Part shown: in pieces, positions 60,250-64,000 of the stretch
Position numbering within the stretch: position 1 is the stretch's first letter
Layout: each line of letters starts with the position of its first letter
Source: Deltaproteobacteria bacterium
GTDB taxonomy: Bacteria; Myxococcota_A; UBA9160; SZUA-336
DNA length: 64,000 nt
NCBI GenBank assembly: GCA_016875225.1
Contig: VGRW01000001.1
Coordinates: 66,225 to 130,224, forward strand
Reading direction: 5' to 3'
Made by a program: the position numbers and the translations under genes
Notes under the pieces: generated by a model
Told to the model about the DNA's origin: nothing
Database searches by the model: none
The model's input: only the letters and a program-made list of their open reading frames with translations

Positions 60250-60917
60250 ACGGTCTCGAAGTCGCCCGCGCGATCCTCGCCAAGGATCTGCTCCTCGACC
60301 TGCGCACGCGCGATCGCCTCGGGCACATGGCGGTCTTCGCGCTTCTCGTGGTCGCGATGCTCTCCATCGTCGTGCCCGCGTCGCGGCCGGAGCGGCTCGC
60401 CTGGTCCCCGGCGTTGCTGTGGGTGGTGATGCTCTTCACCTCGCTGCTCGGGCTCTCGCGCTCGTTCCAGTCCGAGACGGAAGGCGGAGCGTTCGCGCTT
60501 CTCGTCCAGGCGCCGGTCGACCGAGGCTGGGTCTTCCTCGGCAAGGCCTGCGCGAACGCCGTGGCGCTGATCGGCGCCCTGCTCTGGACGGGGCTGCTCT
60601 TCACGATCTTCCTGGACGTGGACTGGAGCGGCGCGTGGCTCGCCGCGCTCGGCGCGGGCGTGCTGGGAGCCGTCGGCCTCGCGGCGCTGGGCACGCTGCT
60701 CTCCGCGATGTCGGTTGCCGTGCGCTTCCGCGAGTTCCTGCTCCCGGTTCTGCTCTTCCCCTTGGTGCTGCCGGTTCTGGTTCTGGCCTCGAGCCTCACG
60801 GCCGCGGCGCTTGCGGAGCGCGCGGCGCCGCCGCTCTGGTGGGCGGTTCTCGCGCTGTACGATTGGGTCTTCGTGCTTCTGGGCTATTTCGTCTTCGACT
60901 ACGTGCTGGAGGACTGA
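60246..60917 (+). CDS. ccmB: Heme exporter protein CcmB
   Basis: 223-aa polytopic CcmB-like permease. The GTG start overlaps the ccmA TGA. Confidence 0.8.
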   Translation: MNGLEVARAILAKDLLLDLRTRDRLGHMAVFALLVVAMLSIVVPASRPERLAWSPALLWVVMLFTSLLGLSRSFQSETEGGAFALLVQAPVDRGWVFLGKACANAVALIGALLWTGLLFTIFLDVDWSGAWLAALGAGVLGAVGLAALGTLLSAMSVAVRFREFLLPVLLFPLVLPVLVLASSLTAAALAERAAPPLWWAVLALYDWVFVLLGYFVFDYVLED

Positions 60918-60919
60918 GC

Positions 60920-61669
60920 TTGATCTCGGCGCTCGTCGCGCTCTCGGTCGCGCTCGCAGCGGGCTGGCTCGTCTGGGTCTTTTTCGACGTCGAGCGCCGG
61001 GCCGACGGCGCGCGGGGAGTCGGCGCGACGACGCTCGCGGCGCTCGCGCTCTGGCTGGGGATGGTCGTCTTCTACGCTCCCATCGAGCAGGTGCAGGGGC
61101 TGGTCCAGAAGATCTTCTACGTGCACATCCCGGCGATCATCCCCACCTACCTCGGCTTCACGCTCACAGCTGTGGGCGGGGTCGGCTTCCTGCGCACCCG
61201 GCGCGAGAGCTGGGATCAGCTGGCGCTGGGCGGGGCCGAGGTCGGCGTGGTCTTCTGCTCGCTGATGCTGATCGTCGGCCCGATCTGGGCGAAGCCGGTC
61301 TGGGGGCACTGGTGGGTCTGGGATCTTCGCCTGACCTCGACGCTGATCCTCTGGTTCATCTACGTCGCCTATCTGTTCCTGCGCGGGCTCGCGTTCGGCA
61401 GCGACGCGGCGAGAACCTTCACCTCCGTCTACGGGATCATCGGTACCGCCGCGATTCCGTTCGTGTACTTCGCAGTCGACATCGCTCGGGGCAGCACCAT
61501 GCACCCGTCGAACCCCGCGCGCGAGGGGCTCCCGACGGAGATGGCCAGGACGGCCGCCGCGGGGCACATCGCGTTCATCGGGGTCTTCGCCTGGCTGGTC
61601 GCGCGGCGCATGCAGCTGGCAGCGCTCGAGGCTCGAGAGCTCGAGAGCGCCGCGCGAGGAGACGGCTAG
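60920..61669 (+). CDS. ccmC: Heme exporter protein CcmC (WWD domain)
   Basis: WAKPVWGHWWVWD (tryptophan-rich WWD motif) and conserved His residues. TTG at 60920 has GGAGGA 6 nt upstream. A CTG overlapping the ccmB TGA is the alternative start. Confidence 0.8.
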   Translation: MISALVALSVALAAGWLVWVFFDVERRADGARGVGATTLAALALWLGMVVFYAPIEQVQGLVQKIFYVHIPAIIPTYLGFTLTAVGGVGFLRTRRESWDQLALGGAEVGVVFCSLMLIVGPIWAKPVWGHWWVWDLRLTSTLILWFIYVAYLFLRGLAFGSDAARTFTSVYGIIGTAAIPFVYFAVDIARGSTMHPSNPAREGLPTEMARTAAAGHIAFIGVFAWLVARRMQLAALEARELESAARGDG

Positions 61670-61670
61670 T

Positions 61671-61782
61671 GGCGTACCTGCTCGCTGCTTACGCGGTCAC
61701 CGGGGTCGTGCTCGTCGGCTACGGATTGAGGCTGCGCGCCGCACGCCTCGCGCTGATTCGCGGGACGAGACGGCGCAGTTGA
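61671..61782 (+). CDS. ccmD: Putative heme exporter protein CcmD (37 aa, single TM)
   Basis: VAYLLAAYAVTGVVLVGYGLRLRAARLALIRGTRRRS, a single TM with a basic tail, lies immediately after ccmC. The GTG start overlaps the ccmC TAG by 1 nt. Confidence 0.45.
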
Positions 61783-61808
61783 CAAACAGCTGCGCCCTAT
61801 AGATAAAT
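61779..61808 (+). promoter_or_regulatory. Near-consensus sigma70-like promoter (TTGACA, then ~15-18 nt, then TAGATAAAT) preceding a ~470-nt leader
   Basis: TTGACA at 61779-61784 and TATAGATAAAT at 61798-61808, sitting in an AT-rich patch that is unusual for this genome. Confidence 0.4.
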
Positions 61809-62280
61809 CGCGCTGGGCTCAAGACCCCTGCAACCTCCGCGTCCACCCTGAACACCTAGAAGCGCGCAGCTCCCCCTTCCCCTCTCGTTGTCATCCGCGT
61901 CAGCGCCGCCCGGCTGCGTGGGGAGCGGCCTTCCACTTCGCGGACACGATGGACATCGAGGACGCAAAGACGTCCTGGGCTCCTTGGAGCGCAATTCCGA
62001 CGCAGCATCGAGCGTCAATGTCCACGGGGCGAGGCGATCTCGGAATCTGGCTCCGGGTCTGGCACGGAAGTTGGAACGAGACTGGGTGGACGATCGAAAT
62101 CGACGGGGATCCATCGCTTTGAACTGGCTTCGGTTGATCAGCTTCGGTTGGCTCGGACACACGGCAGAGCCGAAGGCGCTGCCGCCTCGCGAGGCCGAGG
62201 CGACGGACTGGACGCGAGCGATGGCTCCGAGAGAGAGCGTTGAGACGGCGGGGCCCGAGGGCCTCGGGAGGGCGAGTCAG

Positions 62281-62781
62281 ATGGCGCGCATGAAGCGTGG
62301 CGTGGGCTACTGCGAGAACACCGAGTGCGAGGACTACGCCAAGGGCGTATTCCTGCTCAACCACGGCGACACGTTCTACTGCCCTCGCTGCCGCCAGCTC
62401 GGCAAGGTCGAGAAGGAGCGCGGCTTCTACACCGGCAACTCCGACATCTTCAAAGAGGTCCGCGTCGAGTACAACTTCGACCCGATCCACGGGATCTACC
62501 GCGAGATCGCGATCGTGCGCGACGAGAGCCTCTGGGGCCGGAACAACGTCTACACGCTGCAGTCGCCGCTGATCAAGACCGAGAAGCGCGCGCTGAAGGT
62601 CGCCGAGGCGATCCTCGCCAACCTGAATCGCTACCGCGGCATGCTCTCGGGAGACGACATCCCGCGCACCACCGAGATCATCCTGTCGTTCGACGACGAC
62701 TTCCCGGAGTTCTCGAAGAAGCTCACCCAGCTCTCGAAGGAGTGGGAAGCGAGCGGCCTGCGGGAGATGACCCCCCGCTAG
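62281..62781 (+). CDS. Zinc-ribbon protein (N-terminal CxxxxC...CxxC ribbon plus C-terminal domain), member 2 of the local paralog family
   Basis: MARMKRGVGYCENTECEDYAKGVFLLNHGDTFYCPRCRQ... with GGGAGG 9 nt upstream of ATG 62281. The ORF track's 297-aa version starts far upstream in GC-poor leader sequence. The stop shares a CTAG palindrome with the convergent gene. Confidence 0.6.
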   Translation: MARMKRGVGYCENTECEDYAKGVFLLNHGDTFYCPRCRQLGKVEKERGFYTGNSDIFKEVRVEYNFDPIHGIYREIAIVRDESLWGRNNVYTLQSPLIKTEKRALKVAEAILANLNRYRGMLSGDDIPRTTEIILSFDDDFPEFSKKLTQLSKEWEASGLREMTPR

Positions 62782-63590
62782 GGAGCGACCGGCAGGATCG
62801 CCCGGCCCTTCTGGCCCGAGATCTGGTAGTCGACCGTTCCGGCGGTCGCGGTTCCGCCCGCGAGCACGGCGGACGAGAGTCGGAGCTTGCTTCGTGAGGC
62901 TTCACCGAGGCCGACCAAGCGAAGCGACGAGCTGTCGCGGCGCGCGTCGTACTTCCCGGTGACGGTGTACGCGAACACCGCCCCGGTCTCGAGCTCGACC
63001 GTGGCGGTGCCGGTCACGACACCGCGCTCATCGGTCGAAAGCTCGAGGACGAGCTGCCAAGCGGCGGACTCCTCCTCGACCACGAATCCGGAGCTCACCG
63101 AGCCGCAGCCGACGCGACTCCCTTCGAAGGACGCGCAGGTCCGCAGCGGACCCTGGCAGTAGAAGCCGCCGGCGATCTCGTCCCGGACGCACCTCGTGCG
63201 CTGGGTCACCTGGACGTCGAAGGTCTGGTTCTCCCACCATGAGTAGAACTCTCCGGTGAGTTCCATCGTGAGACGCACCCGCGGATGGCCCGCCGCGCCG
63301 GACACCTTGCCGCCGAACGAGCCGGTGAGCGTCCCCTCCACTTCGCCCGAGAACTCGAGCTGCGCGTCGCCGCTGATCACTCCGGAGCCGTCCGTCACAG
63401 GCTCTCCGCTCAGGCAGATCGTGATTCCCTCGACGGTCTCGCAGTACGACGCCTGCGCCTCGGCCGGCACGAGGATTCCCGGCTCTGCGGGGAGATCGAT
63501 CGTGTAGCTGCCGGAAGGCGGATCGGCCGAGGCGCGCAGCGGAGCCGAGAGTGCGAGCACGAGAACCAGGAATGCCGAGCTGCGCGCCAC
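62778..63590 (-). CDS. Secreted Cys-rich hypothetical protein (tandem paralog 1)
   Basis: The start was trimmed to GTG 63590 (GGGGAGA 6 nt upstream). The signal peptide is VARSSAFLVLVLALSAPLRASA. There are eight Cys and Gly/Thr-rich beta-like repeats. The C-terminal ~50 codons are repeated at 63845-64000. Confidence 0.6.
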   Translation of the reverse strand: MARSSAFLVLVLALSAPLRASADPPSGSYTIDLPAEPGILVPAEAQASYCETVEGITICLSGEPVTDGSGVISGDAQLEFSGEVEGTLTGSFGGKVSGAAGHPRVRLTMELTGEFYSWWENQTFDVQVTQRTRCVRDEIAGGFYCQGPLRTCASFEGSRVGCGSVSSGFVVEEESAAWQLVLELSTDERGVVTGTATVELETGAVFAYTVTGKYDARRDSSSLRLVGLGEASRSKLRLSSAVLAGGTATAGTVDYQISGQKGRAILPVAP

Positions 63591-63675
63591 GAGTGATCTC
63601 CCCTTCGACTCGGGGCAACGCTTGGCGCGCGCGAGCCCGCTGTCAACGGCGTGTCGGGGGGCCCGCCGCCGAACG

Positions 63676-64000
63676 CTACGGGTAGCCCGAGAATCCGTAG
63701 ATGATGATCGCCTCGTCCTGGAACGGATCGGGGTTCCTTGCGCCGCTGAAGAAGTTCGCGGTGTCCGCAGCCGTGTCGCAGAAGGCGCCCCGCAGACAGG
63801 TAGAGCCGACGAAGACGACGGGCGCCGGCAGAGGCAGGGTCGCCCGGCCCTTCTGGCCCGCGATCTGGTAGTCGAGAGTCCCGGCCGTGGCAGCGCCGCC
63901 CGAGAGCGCGAGCGACGAGAGCCGCAGCTTGCTCCTCGATGCGGCGTCGAGTCCCGCAAGCCGCAGCGACGAGCTGTCGCGGCGCGCGTCGTACTTCCCG
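63676..64000 (-). CDS. Secreted hypothetical protein (tandem paralog 2; N-terminus beyond window)
   Basis: Minus-strand translation gives ...GKYDARRDSSSLRLAGLDAASRSKLRLSSLALSGGAATAGTLDYQIAGQKGRATLPLPAPVVFVGSTCLRGAFCDTAADTANFFSGARNPDPFQDEAIIIYGFSGYP, with the stop at 63676-63678. It is collinear with the C-terminus of the gene at 62778-63590 but 28 codons longer. Confidence 0.5.
   Translation of the reverse strand, partial: GKYDARRDSSSLRLAGLDAASRSKLRLSSLALSGGAATAGTLDYQIAGQKGRATLPLPAPVVFVGSTCLRGAFCDTAADTANFFSGARNPDPFQDEAIIIYGFSGYP
63845..64000. repeat. ~155-nt direct repeat (second copy; first copy at 62805-62960), ~80% identical, reflecting a tandem gene duplication
   Basis: Both copies start with CGCCCGGCCCTTCTGGCCCG[A/C]GATCTGGTAGTCGA and end with the identical 34-mer CGACGAGCTGTCGCGGCGCGCGTCGTACTTCCCG. 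Confidence 0.7.

Noticed and set aside
62000-62280. Possible tmRNA, RNase P, SRP or 6S RNA in the long leader (smpB is present in the window; UCGACGGGGA-like segment near 62105).
   Set aside because: There is no GGGG/CCACCA acceptor pairing, no tRNA-like T-arm, and no SRP or RNase P conserved boxes. The resemblance is limited to a short G-rich stretch. It is left as an unclassified leader to test with covariance models.

Overview
High-GC (~70%) chromosomal segment from a Gram-negative bacterium. The Tol-Pal system, LPS-core genes, bactofilin, a GldG-type ABC system, a PEP-CTERM protein and a variant cytochrome c maturation system point to a Deltaproteobacteria/Myxococcota-like lineage. The window is densely packed with housekeeping operons. 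Most of them are minus-strand: smpB, panBCD, ksgA, tsaD, dksA-like, tolQRAB-pal-cpoB, moaB-moaDE, a gldA/F/G-like ABC system with DUF4340, oppA-dppBC and dppDF, iscS-iscU-cysC, xseAB-ispA-dxs-tlyA-erpA, and ftsEX-envC-ctpA. Plus-strand blocks are pepA, cytochrome c, rpoH, holB-metG-tatD-suhB, a GT4 plus LPS-kinase pair, cofDCE (F420 biosynthesis) and ccmEF-X-ABCD. Genes are very commonly joined by 4-nt start/stop overlaps (GTGA/ATGA/TTGA), and non-ATG starts are frequent. No CRISPR array, integrase or transposase was seen. The most interesting material has five parts. (1) Three small proteins at 30.9 kb, 49.6 kb and 62.3 kb share a previously unnoticed ~45-aa domain. One is fused to a zinc ribbon, one heads the ftsEX operon, and one has clearly lower GC. 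(2) The 61.8-64.0 kb terminal island holds a near-consensus AT-rich sigma70-like promoter, a ~470-nt leader, the zinc-ribbon member of that family and tandem secreted Cys-rich paralogs. (3) The Ccm system is of the variant System I type, with a CXXXY CcmE and no CcmH/CcmG, plus an extra membrane/zinc-ribbon gene inserted between ccmF and ccmA. (4) An F420 biosynthesis operon (cofD-cofC-cofE) is present. (5) A lamin-tail-domain PEP-CTERM protein is present. Many long ORFs in the six-frame track are alternative-frame GC artefacts overlapping well-supported genes and were rejected.
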